A stretch of 64,000 bases of DNA from an uncultured delta proteobacterium. GTDB lineage: Bacteria; Desulfobacterota; Desulfobacteria; Desulfobacterales; JAFDCJ01. Every line of letters starts with the position of its first letter. Within the stretch, counting starts at the first letter, position 1. The stretch spans positions 192,001-256,000 of the forward strand of contig CAVYNY010000032.1 in NCBI GenBank assembly GCA_963769935.1, read 5' to 3'. This document shows positions 29,106 through 39,489 of the stretch, in pieces. Position numbers and translations under genes: made by a program. The notes under the pieces were generated by a model. The model was not told the origin of the DNA, ran no database searches, and saw nothing but the letters and a program-made list of their open reading frames with translations.

Positions 29106-30257
29106 ATGCGGAACCTCAAGATATTACACCTGCTCAGCAACTGGAAGTGGACCGAGATATCCGAGCCCGCCGTTGATTTGGCATTGGCCCAAATGAAACT
29201 GGGTGCTGAAATCGAATTTGTGTGTGGCCGGGGTCCCGCCGATCGATCCAAACGCCGCGTTGATTACAATGCCCGTCTAAAAAAACTGGACTCGATTCAG
29301 GTGCTGGAAATGCCCAAGCATTTCAGTGTTCTTGCCGCGTATAAGGATTGTATTAATTTGCGTTCCATGCGGAAACGATTTCAGCCGGATGTCATCCATT
29401 GCCATAAAGCCAACGCCCACCTGATGGGATTCCTGAGCAGAGGTATTTCAAAACCCCCTGTAATTGTGAGAAGCTGTTATGATCCCGAAGGTCCTCAGCA
29501 TGATATGAGGTCCAGGTTGTTGTATAAATTCGGCACCGAGGGAATGGTGGTCATCAATGAAAAAAGTAAGCAAACGGCTGTTGCCTGCAATGGATTATCG
29601 TCAGAAACCGTGCAGGTAATTGAGCCGGGTATCGACCTGGATCGATTTTCCCCCCAGCGCCAAATTTCGCAAGATCGAAGCGTATTTGGGTTAAAACAGG
29701 ATGCCTTTGTGGTCGGGATGGTCAGCCGCATCAGAGACAGTCGTCGCTTGGATATGCCTTTGAAGGCCATCCATGCGCTGGCCGGAACGCATCCGCACCT
29801 TCAGATGCTGCTGGTCGGACGGGGGCGGGAAGGGGCGGTGGAAATGGTGGTGGAAAAGCCGGCGCGGGAAATGGACATTTTGGATAGAATTGTCATGGCG
29901 GGATACTGTGAAGGCGATCGTCTTGTCGCCGCCTACCGTGCCATGGATGTTCTGGTCTATCCGACTCCCGGTTCGGACAAATCCTGCCGGACCGTACGGG
30001 AAGCCATGGCTGCCGGCAAACCGGTTGTAGCGCCGGGAATCGGTTTTTTGCCCGAACTCATCGAGGACCATGTTACCGGCCGACGGATGGCTTCTTCCTG
30101 GGAAAGCTTGGCCGATATTCTCACAGAACTTATGCCGGATAAAAATAAGCTGCGCGGCATGGGACAGCAGGCCCTTGAATGCGCCGCCCGGCGGTTTGCA
30201 CCGGATCTGCAGGCCCGGAAAACGTTAGACTTTTATCAGCGCTTGCTGAAAGGATAG
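29106..30257 (+). CDS. GT4 glycosyltransferase
   Basis: PGIDLDRF, VGMVSR, YRAMDV, REAMAAGKPVV. Confidence 0.85.
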   Translation: MRNLKILHLLSNWKWTEISEPAVDLALAQMKLGAEIEFVCGRGPADRSKRRVDYNARLKKLDSIQVLEMPKHFSVLAAYKDCINLRSMRKRFQPDVIHCHKANAHLMGFLSRGISKPPVIVRSCYDPEGPQHDMRSRLLYKFGTEGMVVINEKSKQTAVACNGLSSETVQVIEPGIDLDRFSPQRQISQDRSVFGLKQDAFVVGMVSRIRDSRRLDMPLKAIHALAGTHPHLQMLLVGRGREGAVEMVVEKPAREMDILDRIVMAGYCEGDRLVAAYRAMDVLVYPTPGSDKSCRTVREAMAAGKPVVAPGIGFLPELIEDHVTGRRMASSWESLADILTELMPDKNKLRGMGQQALECAARRFAPDLQARKTLDFYQRLLKG

Positions 30258-30443
30258 AAGGCCGGAAGGCTCGCCGGCTGGGAAACATTCCAGCATTCCA
30301 GCTTCCTCGCTGCCCACCTTCTCAACTTCTCGTCTTCTCAACTTCTCGTCTTCTCAACTTCTCGTCTTCTCAACTTCTCAACTTCTGATTTTTCTTATCT
30401 TCTTATCTTCTCACCTTCCCAACTCCCCAGCCTCCCTGCTTTC
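30258..30443. repeat. 8-bp tandem array with 16-bp higher-order period
   Basis: (cttctcaa cttctcgt)x3 then cttctcaa cttctcaa at about 30318-30386, with degenerate flanks. Confidence 0.9.
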
Positions 30444-30448
30444 AATGT

Positions 30449-31174
30449 CTAACCGGCCGACCGGAACCAGGGGATCACATAATATTTGTAGAGTTGGAGC
30501 GGCGTCGAACGCCGACCCCAGTTCACGCGCGGCAGGCGGAAGGGATCGATATTGGTCGAGACGAGTTTCTTCTTCCGGGTAGTAAATGCCAGTTTGTAGC
30601 CGGCCTCTTTGACTTTTTGGACGGCTGACTGCGTTGTTGCACCCCATGGATACGAAAAATAGGGAACTTCTATGTTGAGAGATTCCTCCAGCCGGTCTTT
30701 TGCCGGGCGTAATTCCTGCCACAACTCATCGGCCTGCAGGCGGGTCAGATCACGGTGGTTGTAACCGTGGGCACCGATTTCGACCAGTCCGGTCTTCAGC
30801 ATCGTTTTTAGCTGCTCGAGATCAAGGTGGCGGCGCATCTGTCCTGAGGGGTGCTTCGAAAAGCGGCTCTTGCGGCCGATGAAACCGGCGATAACAAATA
30901 TGGTAATGGGAATCGCTTGCTGTTCCAAATGGGCAAATACGTTTTCGAAAATTGAAACGAGGGCGTCGTCGAAGGTCAGGACGGCAGCGCGCTTAGGGAT
31001 CGTTTTTTCCCCCTGAAGCCAGGCTAGAAACCGGGTCATGGGGATAAATTGAACTCCCAGGCGGTTTAACCATCGCAGCTGGTGCAAAAACGCGTCAAGA
31101 TCAATGGTGCCCCGCTGCTTTTCGCCGGGCGCCAGCGGAATCACATTATGGCAGGTGTAGACGACACAGCTCAT
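30449..31174 (-). CDS. Polysaccharide deacetylase (CE4)
   Basis: LTFDD, GAHGYNH, FSYPWG, LPR. Confidence 0.9.
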   Translation of the reverse strand: MSCVVYTCHNVIPLAPGEKQRGTIDLDAFLHQLRWLNRLGVQFIPMTRFLAWLQGEKTIPKRAAVLTFDDALVSIFENVFAHLEQQAIPITIFVIAGFIGRKSRFSKHPSGQMRRHLDLEQLKTMLKTGLVEIGAHGYNHRDLTRLQADELWQELRPAKDRLEESLNIEVPYFSYPWGATTQSAVQKVKEAGYKLAFTTRKKKLVSTNIDPFRLPRVNWGRRSTPLQLYKYYVIPWFRSAG

Positions 31175-32019
31175 AATTTGCGCAGCCCGTTTTTGCAGGT
31201 AACTTCAGGATCCGGCCGCTTGAAATACGGGTGTTCATTTAAATTGAGGATTTGCGGGGCGGTGCGCCATTTTTCCACCCGATGGTACAAATGATACGTG
31301 CGGGCTTTGGAGTGCAGCGGGACTGCCCGGAACGATCCCTTGACAAGGCGGTTGCGGATGTCGGAATCGCTCTTGTTGTATCCATCGTAATTTTCGTCAT
31401 AGCCGTTGATTTTTTCAAATACGTCCCGATTGATCGCACAGTTTCCGCCCCAGATTTTGGGTTTGCGAACTTTAAATGCGTGGTAAAACCTGCTTTTCCA
31501 GTAGCGTTTAAAATTGCGGGTGGCCGTCCCCTTTTTTTGATTTCGCAGCTGAGCGGCCCCGGTCCAGAATTCCTGCGGTGCAAAAGACCGGAAATTCGCC
31601 AGCGCAGCCTCTGTAAACTGCCGGGTCAGATAGTAGACGCCGCCGAGGTAAAAAGCCTCCGGCGCTGAATGGGCTGCGTAAGTGGCCAGAAGATTTGCGG
31701 CCGGCAGACAATCGCTGTCCAGAAATATTAAAATGTCGCCGCCGGCCTTCCGGCTGGCCTGATTGAGAATGAACGCCCGTCTGTACATCCGGTGTTCGTG
31801 CCAACAATGTTGGATTTCGGGCGCTGCATGGTTTGAACGGGCTTCTGATATCACCTGCGGTGTATGGTCGGTCGATCCGTCATCGGCGACGATAATTTGC
31901 CAGTGGCCTTTATAGTCCTGGGCGGCAAGGCATGCCAGGCTGAGGCGCAAATAGTCGGCCCGGTTGTAGGTTGCCACCAGGACCGATATGGAGGGAAGCT
32001 GGTATCCCCTATCTTTCAT
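31171..32019 (-). CDS. GT2 glycosyltransferase
   Basis: ATYNR, ADDGS, FLDSDC, GGNC, INGYDE. Confidence 0.9.
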   Translation of the reverse strand: MKDRGYQLPSISVLVATYNRADYLRLSLACLAAQDYKGHWQIIVADDGSTDHTPQVISEARSNHAAPEIQHCWHEHRMYRRAFILNQASRKAGGDILIFLDSDCLPAANLLATYAAHSAPEAFYLGGVYYLTRQFTEAALANFRSFAPQEFWTGAAQLRNQKKGTATRNFKRYWKSRFYHAFKVRKPKIWGGNCAINRDVFEKINGYDENYDGYNKSDSDIRNRLVKGSFRAVPLHSKARTYHLYHRVEKWRTAPQILNLNEHPYFKRPDPEVTCKNGLRKL

Positions 32020-32390
32020 CAAATTATACCTTTTCTAATTAATCTTCCTGCTACCATATTCCCGAAAAAAAGAAAAGGTCGGCCTTAATTGATTTGGACT
32101 TGACCCTTAACGCTCTTTCAAGTAATTTATTGATCCCTGCTGCCGAGTCTCATCCCTTAATCATTTTTTATGCAGGCCAATTCAAATTTATGCTTGCCAT
32201 CCTCTGAATTCTGCAATAAGAAAGGGCAATCCTGGATGAGGGGCATTCAATCAAATAAAGCGTCCTCCTGAAACTGTTTTTCACTATTTTTCTTTAAAAA
32301 TCTGCAGAACTTCGGCTGCCGTTAATCAGCCGATTTCGCTTTAAATTAGGCCGCTAATAGATTGTAATTATTTAATCACGGGAGATAGCC

Positions 32391-32567
32391 ATGGCGATCA
32401 GTCAGGAACTTTTAGACATCTTAGCCTGTCCGAAATGCAAGGGCGACATTTATCTGAATGACACCAAAGACGGGCTGATTTGCGATCAATGCAAATTGTT
32501 GTATGAAATTCGGGACGATATCCCGATCATGCTGATCGATGAGGCCAAGCCGCTTGGAGAACCTTAG
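32391..32567 (+). CDS. Trm112/YcaR family small protein (absent from the ORF track)
   Basis: MAISQELLDILACPKCKG...LICDQCKLLYEIRDDIPIMLIDEA, 58 aa, GGAG RBS. Confidence 0.92.
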   Translation: MAISQELLDILACPKCKGDIYLNDTKDGLICDQCKLLYEIRDDIPIMLIDEAKPLGEP

Positions 32568-32633
32568 AATCAGGAAAGTGCGGGGCCGACTTTTTTGGGC
32601 TTGCGATTTCGTTTCAGCTCATTATATGACATA

Positions 32634-32733
32634 GGTTGAAGGGTTCAGGGTTTCACGTTCAGGGTTGAAAAATCCCCAATCCATTATGTTTATCGGATGT
32701 ATCCTTTGAACCTTGAACCCTGAACTTGGAACC
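32634..32733. repeat. Inverted 7-bp-array element (GGGTTCA / TGAACCY)
   Basis: ggttgaagggttcagggtttcacgttcagggttg ... tttgaaccttgaaccctgaacttggaacc. Confidence 0.85.
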
Positions 32734-32746
32734 GATTGGTATCGAG

Positions 32747-33274
32747 ATGAGTACACCGCAAGCGCCGAAGCCTGCGAAGCTGATAATCGGGCTTATAATG
32801 AAGGACAAAACGCTGATTGAACCTCTGACCGTGGCGCTTTGTGCGGCGTATGGTCCCCTTGATTTGGTCAGCGCATGGCTGCCCTTTGACTACACAACAT
32901 ACTATGAACCGGAGATGGGAGCGCAGCTTGTCAGACGGATGCTGGCATTTAAAAACCTGGTCCCCCAAGGTGACCTGCCGGCGATCAAACTAGCGACCAA
33001 TCGTCTGGAAGAAGCGTATTCTCAAAACGGCAAGCGCCGGGTCAACCTTGATCCGGGGTATTTGCTGCTGGAACGCCTGGTCCTGGCTTCAGGGAAGAAT
33101 TTCAGCCACCGGATTTATCTTGGCGACGGAATTTACGCGGATTTGACCCTGATTTATCGGCATGGCGCCTTCGAAAAATTACCATGGACCTATCCCGACT
33201 ATGCAGATCAACCCATGCTGGGATTTCTGCAGCAGGTTCGCAGCAAGTACGCGGTTGATTTAAAGGCAAACTGA
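32747..33274 (+). CDS. DUF4416 family protein
   Basis: FDYTTYYEPEMG, RRVNLDPGY, KNFSHRIYL, LPWTYPDY. Confidence 0.85.
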   Translation: MSTPQAPKPAKLIIGLIMKDKTLIEPLTVALCAAYGPLDLVSAWLPFDYTTYYEPEMGAQLVRRMLAFKNLVPQGDLPAIKLATNRLEEAYSQNGKRRVNLDPGYLLLERLVLASGKNFSHRIYLGDGIYADLTLIYRHGAFEKLPWTYPDYADQPMLGFLQQVRSKYAVDLKAN

Positions 33275-33372
33275 GGTTTGGGTCCTTGGTCCGTGGGGGA
33301 TTAGGCTTCAGAGGCTTATATCGGAAAACCTATTGCAGAAACCCGAAACCCATAAAATGGAGCCCCCCAATT

Positions 33373-34254
33373 ATGATCAAAAGCATGACCGGTTTTGCGA
33401 CAGCTGAAATAATTACCGAAGATATTACGGTGGCGGCCGATATCCACGCTTACAACAGCCGGCACCTGGATGTCGTTCTGCGCGTCGCGTCGGGCTTTAT
33501 GGCGCTGGAAGAAAAAATAAAAGGACTCATCGCCGGAAAGATCGTCAGGGGCCGGCTGGAGGTGAAAGTCCAGATCAAAGATGCATCCGCGGGGACCGAC
33601 GCCTTTGAAATTGACTGGTCCAGGGCCGAAGGCATGCATGCCGTGCTGGTCCAACTGAAAAATAAATTTGGCCTGCCGGACGACATTTCCATGGACCACC
33701 TGCTCGGGGTGGGGGGCATAATTAAACCGGTTGAAACGGCAGATGAATCCGACCGATTTTGGCCGCCGATCGAGGACTGTCTCAGCCGGGCCCTCGCAGA
33801 CCTGGAGGCCATGCGCCGGAAAGAAGGCGATTTCATTGCCGCCGATCTGCATGCGCGGTTGGATTACATTGCGGGCTGCCTGGGCGAAATTAAGCATGAT
33901 ACAGCTGATCTTCTAAGCCAGTATATGGAACGATTGAAGGAGCGCATCGCCGTTTTAACCCAGGAAACCGTTGAACTTGATCCGGCACGCCTTGCGCAGG
34001 AAGCTGCCTATCTGGCTGACAGAAGTGATATTTCCGAGGAAATCGTCCGAGCGCAAAGTCACATTGAGCAATTTCGGCATATCATGAACTCCGAAGAACC
34101 CGGGGGCAGAAAGCTTAATTTTCTGTTGCAGGAGCTTCACCGGGAATTCAATACCATCGGATCCAAGATAGGCCATGCCGATACCACCCACCGGGTTGTC
34201 GATGTAAAATCCGAGCTGGAAAAGATCAGAGAGCAGATTCAAAACGTGGAATAA
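33373..34254 (+). CDS. yicC: YicC/YloC family endoribonuclease
   Basis: MIKSMTGF, DISEEIVR, GRKLNFLLQELHREFNTIGSK, REQIQNVE. Confidence 0.95.
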   Translation: MIKSMTGFATAEIITEDITVAADIHAYNSRHLDVVLRVASGFMALEEKIKGLIAGKIVRGRLEVKVQIKDASAGTDAFEIDWSRAEGMHAVLVQLKNKFGLPDDISMDHLLGVGGIIKPVETADESDRFWPPIEDCLSRALADLEAMRRKEGDFIAADLHARLDYIAGCLGEIKHDTADLLSQYMERLKERIAVLTQETVELDPARLAQEAAYLADRSDISEEIVRAQSHIEQFRHIMNSEEPGGRKLNFLLQELHREFNTIGSKIGHADTTHRVVDVKSELEKIREQIQNVE

Positions 34255-34270
34255 AACCTGGCCTAGGACA

Positions 34271-34350
34271 CAGGGCATGGGGCAAAGCGTTGACTGCGAC
34301 CCAATGCCGTTTTTGTTTAAACGCTTAGCTCGTTGCGCTCTGTCCTGCGC
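34271..34350. repeat. Short inverted 7-bp-array element
   Basis: agggcatggggcaaagcgtt ... aacgcttagctcgttgcgctct. Confidence 0.55.
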
Positions 34351-34368
34351 ACATTGATTGGAGGTCGA

Positions 34369-34623
34369 ATGGATCAGAATTTGTTAAACATAGGCTTTGG
34401 AAGTACCGTGGTATCCGAGCGGGTCGTTGCCATTGTATCACCGAATTCCGCCCCGATGAAGCGACTCAAAGATGAGGCCCGGGATGAAAAACGGTTGATC
34501 GATGCAACCCACGGCCGCCGGACCCGCTCCATTATTATCATGGACAGCAACCACGTCGTTCTTTCAGCCATCCAGGCTGAAACCATATCCCAGCGGTATG
34601 CAACATTGAAGGAACCTTCCTGA
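34369..34623 (+). CDS. remA: DUF370 / RemA family protein
   Basis: [43 protein letters not shown]. Confidence 0.92.
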   Translation: MDQNLLNIGFGSTVVSERVVAIVSPNSAPMKRLKDEARDEKRLIDATHGRRTRSIIIMDSNHVVLSAIQAETISQRYATLKEPS

Positions 34624-34629
34624 TTTTCC

Positions 34630-35244
34630 ATGAGCAAACGGCAATCGAAAAAGGTCGGGACAGAAGCCGCCGCCAGGGTGCCGGCCGGATCCGGCCTTCT
34701 ATTTATCCTTTCGGCGCCCTCCGGAGCCGGCAAGTCGACGCTGTGCCGGGCCGTGCGGCAGCATTTCCCGGATCTGCTATATTCGATCTCTTACACCACA
34801 AGACCGCCCCGTCCAGGGGAGCAAAACGGAGTGGACTACCATTTCATTACCAAAACGGCGTTTGAAAAAAGAATTGCCCGCGAGCAGTGGGCGGAATGGG
34901 CCGAGGTTCACGGCAACTATTATGGTACCGCCGCCGAATTAATAGACCAGGGGCTCAGGGACGGACGGGACTTTTTGCTGGACATTGATGTTCAGGGTAC
35001 CCGCCGAATTCTGAAGCGATATCCCGCAGCGATTACCTTTTTTATTATGCCGCCGTCGCTGGAAGCCCTGCGCCGCCGATTGGAAAGCCGGGGTACCGAC
35101 AGCCCTGAGGTGATCGCCGTTCGCCTGGAGAATGCCAAGCAGGAGATGGCCTGCAAAGATCGCTACCGGCATGTCATAATCAACGATCGACTTTCGGATG
35201 CAGTGGCCGAGCTGATCGGCATCATTGAGAGATACCGCTCGTGA
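34630..35244 (+). CDS. gmk: Guanylate kinase
   Basis: APSGAGKST, TTRPPRPGE, HGNYYGT, DIDVQG. Confidence 0.96.
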   Translation: MSKRQSKKVGTEAAARVPAGSGLLFILSAPSGAGKSTLCRAVRQHFPDLLYSISYTTRPPRPGEQNGVDYHFITKTAFEKRIAREQWAEWAEVHGNYYGTAAELIDQGLRDGRDFLLDIDVQGTRRILKRYPAAITFFIMPPSLEALRRRLESRGTDSPEVIAVRLENAKQEMACKDRYRHVIINDRLSDAVAELIGIIERYRS

Positions 35245-35990
35245 AGACCGAGATTTTATATGGTATTCATCCGGTGTATGAAGCACTGGCAGCCCGGAGC
35301 CGCCGGATTTACGAGATCTATCTGGCTAAGGATAAAAATGCCGCACGGTTTGACCGGATTCTATCGCTGGCTGAATCCCGTGGTATTGCCCACCAGACCA
35401 TCGAACCCGGTGATTTCAGCGGACTCGTGGGGACAGCGCGGCACCAGGGAGTGGCAGCCAGAGTCAGTCCGTATTCGCCCATCGCTTTTTCAGACCTGTT
35501 GCAGACGGTGCGAAGCCGGAGCGCCAATTTTTTTTTGTTGATGCTCGACAACATCCTCGACCCCCAGAACCTGGGGGCCGTCATCCGGACCGCACTGTGT
35601 GCCGGCGTCGACGGCGTGGTCGTGCCCAAAGACCGCAGCGCCTCACCCACACCTGCGGTATCCAAAGCCTCGGCCGGCGCCCTCGAACACGTCCGGTTGA
35701 GCCGGGTGACCAATCTGGTGCAAACCATCAAACAGTGCAAAAATAGCGGGATGTGGATTATTGGACTGCAGAGAGATGCGACGCAGTCCATTTATGCCGG
35801 TGACCTGACCGGATCCATCGCCCTTTTGCTTGGCGGTGAACAAAAAGGCCTGCGTCCACTGGTAAAAGACAACTGTGATTTTTTATTATCCATTCCCCAG
35901 CAGGGTCCGGTGGACTCTCTCAATGCCTCGGCCGCCGCTGCAATCGCCATGTATGAGGCGGTAAGGCAGCGGCGGGAGCTGATGGAATGA
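35241..35990 (+). CDS. rlmB: 23S rRNA (G2251-2'-O)-methyltransferase
   Basis: YGIHPV, HQG, DPQNLGA, KASAGA, SLNAS. Confidence 0.93.
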   Translation: MKTEILYGIHPVYEALAARSRRIYEIYLAKDKNAARFDRILSLAESRGIAHQTIEPGDFSGLVGTARHQGVAARVSPYSPIAFSDLLQTVRSRSANFFLLMLDNILDPQNLGAVIRTALCAGVDGVVVPKDRSASPTPAVSKASAGALEHVRLSRVTNLVQTIKQCKNSGMWIIGLQRDATQSIYAGDLTGSIALLLGGEQKGLRPLVKDNCDFLLSIPQQGPVDSLNASAAAAIAMYEAVRQRRELME

Positions 35991-36019
35991 CAAATGAGTG
36001 ATTAATAACGAGGCCGACC

Positions 36020-36868
36020 GTGATTCCCGGCTTTTTTCAGAAACTATACCAGGTTTTAGGCCAGGCCGTTTTTCCGCCAAAATGTCTGGTTTGCAGAACC
36101 TTTTTTCAACCACCGGCCCGGGATGCCGACATGGATTCCAAGCCGGTTGACAGCTATGCGCCCACCAGGGTCCCGTCGCTGCAAAGCCAGCTGGACAGGC
36201 TGCTGGCATACTATTTATGCCCGGCCTGCCTTCGCGGATTGGTTGAGGTTGAATCGCCGATTTGCGTCTGCTGCGGGTTGCCGTTTAAGAGCCGGCAGGG
36301 GGATGACCACCCCTGTGGGGATTGCAGCGCCTCGCCCAAGAAATTCAGAATTGCCCGTGCGCCGCTGGTATATGAACAGATTCTGACCAGGGTTATCCAT
36401 TGTTTCAAGTACAAAGGCAAAATTCAACTGGCGGAGCCCCTTGCCGCAGTTCTTCAATCAACATTTCGACGGTTCTGGGATCAGGACAGTATCGATATGA
36501 TCATACCGGTGCCGCTTCACATAAAAAGACTCCGCAAGCGAGGGTTCAATCAGGCTTACCTTCTGGTTCGAAACTGGAATACTGCCGCCGGACAAAGCTG
36601 CTCCGGGCTGACCGATCTGCGAATCGAACGCGACGTTTTGGTTAGAACAGTGTCCACGGCCCCCCAATCGGCGCTTGGTCGAACGGATCGGGCCGTCAAT
36701 ATCAAAAATGCCTTTACACTGATTGATCCGGATAGGATAATAGGCAAACGGATCCTGCTGGTTGATGATGTCTTCACCACCGGTGCAACGGTGGATGAAT
36801 GCGCCCGTATATTGTTAAAATTCGGCGCCGAGCACGTCGACGTACTGACGCTGGCCCGGGCGGTTTAA
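36020..36868 (+). CDS. comF: ComF family protein (double zinc ribbon plus PRTase)
   Basis: CxxC pairs, PVPLH, RGFNQA, LVDDVFTTGAT. Confidence 0.92.
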   Translation: MIPGFFQKLYQVLGQAVFPPKCLVCRTFFQPPARDADMDSKPVDSYAPTRVPSLQSQLDRLLAYYLCPACLRGLVEVESPICVCCGLPFKSRQGDDHPCGDCSASPKKFRIARAPLVYEQILTRVIHCFKYKGKIQLAEPLAAVLQSTFRRFWDQDSIDMIIPVPLHIKRLRKRGFNQAYLLVRNWNTAAGQSCSGLTDLRIERDVLVRTVSTAPQSALGRTDRAVNIKNAFTLIDPDRIIGKRILLVDDVFTTGATVDECARILLKFGAEHVDVLTLARAV

Positions 36869-36970
36869 CGCGGTTTTATTCCAACTTCGAAATTCCGGTC
36901 ATCCGGACTGTTTCATTCCCGCTGGACGACCATAACCGAAACCGAATGCCATGGGGTAGGAGATCGTCGA

Positions 36971-37456
36971 ATGGATGTATCTGCCAAAATAGCAACAGCC
37001 GGCAAACTGATTTCCGGTTTGGATAAAGCGCGCCAGGCCGGTAAAAAGATCGTTTTCACCAATGGCTGCTTTGACATCCTGCACGTCGGTCACGTCAGGT
37101 ATCTTGCGGCCGCCAGGTCCGCAGGCGACCTGTTGGTTGTCGGGCTGAACTCAGATGCATCCGTGCGGTCGATAAAAGGCGATCGGCGGCCGCTGGTAAA
37201 CCAGGACCAGCGTGCGGAAGTTCTGGCAAGCCTGATGTGCGTGGATTATGTCGTGGTATTCGATGAGCCTGACCCGCTGAGATTGATTCAAACGCTAAAA
37301 CCGGACATACTGGTCAAAGGTGCTGATTGGGGAGAGGAAAATATTGTCGGCGCCGAGTTTGTAAAATCAAGGGGCGGTAAAATTATACGGGCGCAACTGG
37401 TGCCGGAGACTTCTACCACTCAGATCATCGATCGCATTGTCAGGAGATTCTGCTGA
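36971..37456 (+). CDS. rfaE2: D-glycero-beta-D-manno-heptose 1-phosphate adenylyltransferase
   Basis: FTNGCFDILHVGH, GLNSDAS, LVKGADW, STT. Confidence 0.93.
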   Translation: MDVSAKIATAGKLISGLDKARQAGKKIVFTNGCFDILHVGHVRYLAAARSAGDLLVVGLNSDASVRSIKGDRRPLVNQDQRAEVLASLMCVDYVVVFDEPDPLRLIQTLKPDILVKGADWGEENIVGAEFVKSRGGKIIRAQLVPETSTTQIIDRIVRRFC

Positions 37457-38229
37457 TGATTCACACCAGCAAAAACGGCACATCCTATTACCGGTTTGAA
37501 AACCTGGCGGGCTGGGACGGAATCGACCATAGGATTTTCACACGCGGCAACGGTTTCAGCCCCCGGCCTTTTGCCAGTTTGAATGTCTCCCTGGGCATCG
37601 GAGATGCTGAAACAAATGTTGTCCGAAATCGGGACCTCATCCGCCGGAGCATGGCAGGGGGCGATTTTGTTTACGCCCGCCAGGTCCACGGATGCAGTAT
37701 TGCCGTGCTGAAAGGTCCTGGACCGGAGCCAGGCGCCGAAACTGCTGCCGGTGCCATAACCGCAGACGCCCTGGTAACCGACCTGCCCGGCAAATATCTG
37801 GTCATTCAGGTGGCGGACTGCCAGGCTGTGCTTTTATATGATCCTGTCCGCCGGGTGATTGCCAATGTACATTGCGGCTGGCGGGGCAGCCTGCTCAACG
37901 TCATCGGCCGCGCACTCGAGGCGATGACGCATCATTTCGGCTGCCGCCCTGAGCGTATTCGGGCCGGGATCGGCCCTTCCCTGGGTCCCTGTTGTGCTGA
38001 ATTTATCAATTATAAAGCGGAGATTCCCGCTGACTTGTGGACTTATAAGGAGGCCAACGATCATTTTGATTTTTGGGCCATCAGCCGCGATCAACTGATG
38101 CGCGCCGGGGTTGTGGAGAAAAACATTGAAGTCAGCCGGATTTGCACCCGCTGTCGAACCGATGAGTTTTATTCCTATCGCGCTGCCAAGACCACCGGCA
38201 GATTTGCGGTGGTGATCGGGATTAAATAA
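37456..38229 (+). CDS. pgeF: Peptidoglycan editing factor / purine nucleoside phosphorylase (YfiH family)
   Basis: QVHG, VADC, HCGWRG, IGPSLGPCC, YSYR. Confidence 0.93.
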   Translation: MIHTSKNGTSYYRFENLAGWDGIDHRIFTRGNGFSPRPFASLNVSLGIGDAETNVVRNRDLIRRSMAGGDFVYARQVHGCSIAVLKGPGPEPGAETAAGAITADALVTDLPGKYLVIQVADCQAVLLYDPVRRVIANVHCGWRGSLLNVIGRALEAMTHHFGCRPERIRAGIGPSLGPCCAEFINYKAEIPADLWTYKEANDHFDFWAISRDQLMRAGVVEKNIEVSRICTRCRTDEFYSYRAAKTTGRFAVVIGIK

Positions 38230-38268
38230 TTGAATATCGAATATTGTAAATCTTCAATCTTCAATTGA
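38228..38268. repeat. Minimal inverted 7-bp array (TTGAATA / TCTTCAA)
   Basis: aattgaatatcgaatattgtaaatcttcaatcttcaattga. Confidence 0.6.
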
Positions 38269-38278
38269 GAAGGGGGCC

Positions 38279-39076
38279 ATGCATCAACAACCTTCAAAAG
38301 TATTGTTCAACGAAAAAGTCGGACCGGTCTATTACAAAATCGGCTTGTCATGTTCCGATCATTACAGCCTTGCCAAGCCCGGCCAGTTTATTATGCTGCG
38401 GGTAACCGGACAGGCAGGACCTCTGCTGCGCCGCCCCTTTTCGATTTACAATCTCATCGCGTCCGACGGGGCCGCCGAAGGCCTTGAATTGTTATACAAG
38501 GTGGTGGGGAAAGGAACCGCGGCACTTGCCTTGCAAAAACCAGGAGATACCGTCGACATTCTCGGCCCCCTGGGTTCCGGTTTTCTGATTCCCCCCCGGG
38601 CAAAACACATTTATATTGCGGGCGGCGGAATCGGCATCGCCCCCCTGGTCTTTCTGGTTTCTCAGCTGCACCGCCAAAAAGCCGATCTCTCTAATTGCCG
38701 GGTGTTTATCGGAGGCCGCACCCAGGAAGATCTTTTGGGCCTTGCCGATTTGGCCCAGCTTGGGGTGAGCGTGCAGACCAGCACCGATGACGGCAGTGCC
38801 GGTGACCAATGCCTGGTGACCCATCCGCTGGAAAACGCGGTCGAACATCTGGCGCCGGATATTATCGCTGCCTGCGGGCCGATGGGAATGCTGGCATGCA
38901 TAATCGGTATCGCCGAAAAATACGGCGTGCCGTGCCAGGTTTCCATCGAAACCATGATGGCATGCGGCATGGGAGCCTGCCTGGGATGTGCGGTCGAGGG
39001 GCGCGGGCGCCACGATCGCTATCTGCACGCCTGTCTGGATGGTCCGGTTTTTGATGCCGCGATGCTGAAAATTTAA
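38279..39076 (+). CDS. pyrK: Dihydroorotate dehydrogenase electron transfer subunit
   Basis: PGQF, LRRPFS, GGGIGIAP, CGP, MACGMGACLGC...CLDGPVF. Confidence 0.9.
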   Translation: MHQQPSKVLFNEKVGPVYYKIGLSCSDHYSLAKPGQFIMLRVTGQAGPLLRRPFSIYNLIASDGAAEGLELLYKVVGKGTAALALQKPGDTVDILGPLGSGFLIPPRAKHIYIAGGGIGIAPLVFLVSQLHRQKADLSNCRVFIGGRTQEDLLGLADLAQLGVSVQTSTDDGSAGDQCLVTHPLENAVEHLAPDIIAACGPMGMLACIIGIAEKYGVPCQVSIETMMACGMGACLGCAVEGRGRHDRYLHACLDGPVFDAAMLKI

Positions 39077-39186
39077 TGTGAAAAGATGAAATTTGCGTTG
39101 ACTTGCAATCAATCCTTTGTTAGGTACAAAATCTTTAATCTGGTCTGGTTTCTATTTTCTCCCGGCACGGGGAGGGGACCATCTCG

Positions 39187-39405
39187 ATGAGAAGAGAAAC
39201 CAGACGCGCCTACAAGGAACTGGCTTATTACAGCGGCCTTGGAATTTCCGTTTCATTTGCAATTTTCATCGGCCTGGGGATCGGGGTTTTGTTGGATCGT
39301 ATATTCGACACGTCGCCCTGGTTTACGCTGATTTTTCTGGTATTGGGAATTATTGCCGGTTTCAGGAACATCGCGCTGATTATAAAAAGGGCCCGCAAAC
39401 TTTAG
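39187..39405 (+). CDS. AtpZ/AtpI-family (ATPase gene 1) membrane protein
   Basis: Two TM segments, LDRIFDTSPWF, GIIAGFRN; first gene of the F0 cluster. Confidence 0.85.
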   Translation: MRRETRRAYKELAYYSGLGISVSFAIFIGLGIGVLLDRIFDTSPWFTLIFLVLGIIAGFRNIALIIKRARKL

Positions 39406-39489
39406 ACGCTCACACCCCATCGACAACCTGCTGTCGATGAGGAAATATGCTGTTCTCTATTGCTGATTGACGGTTTGAAGATTAACAAA

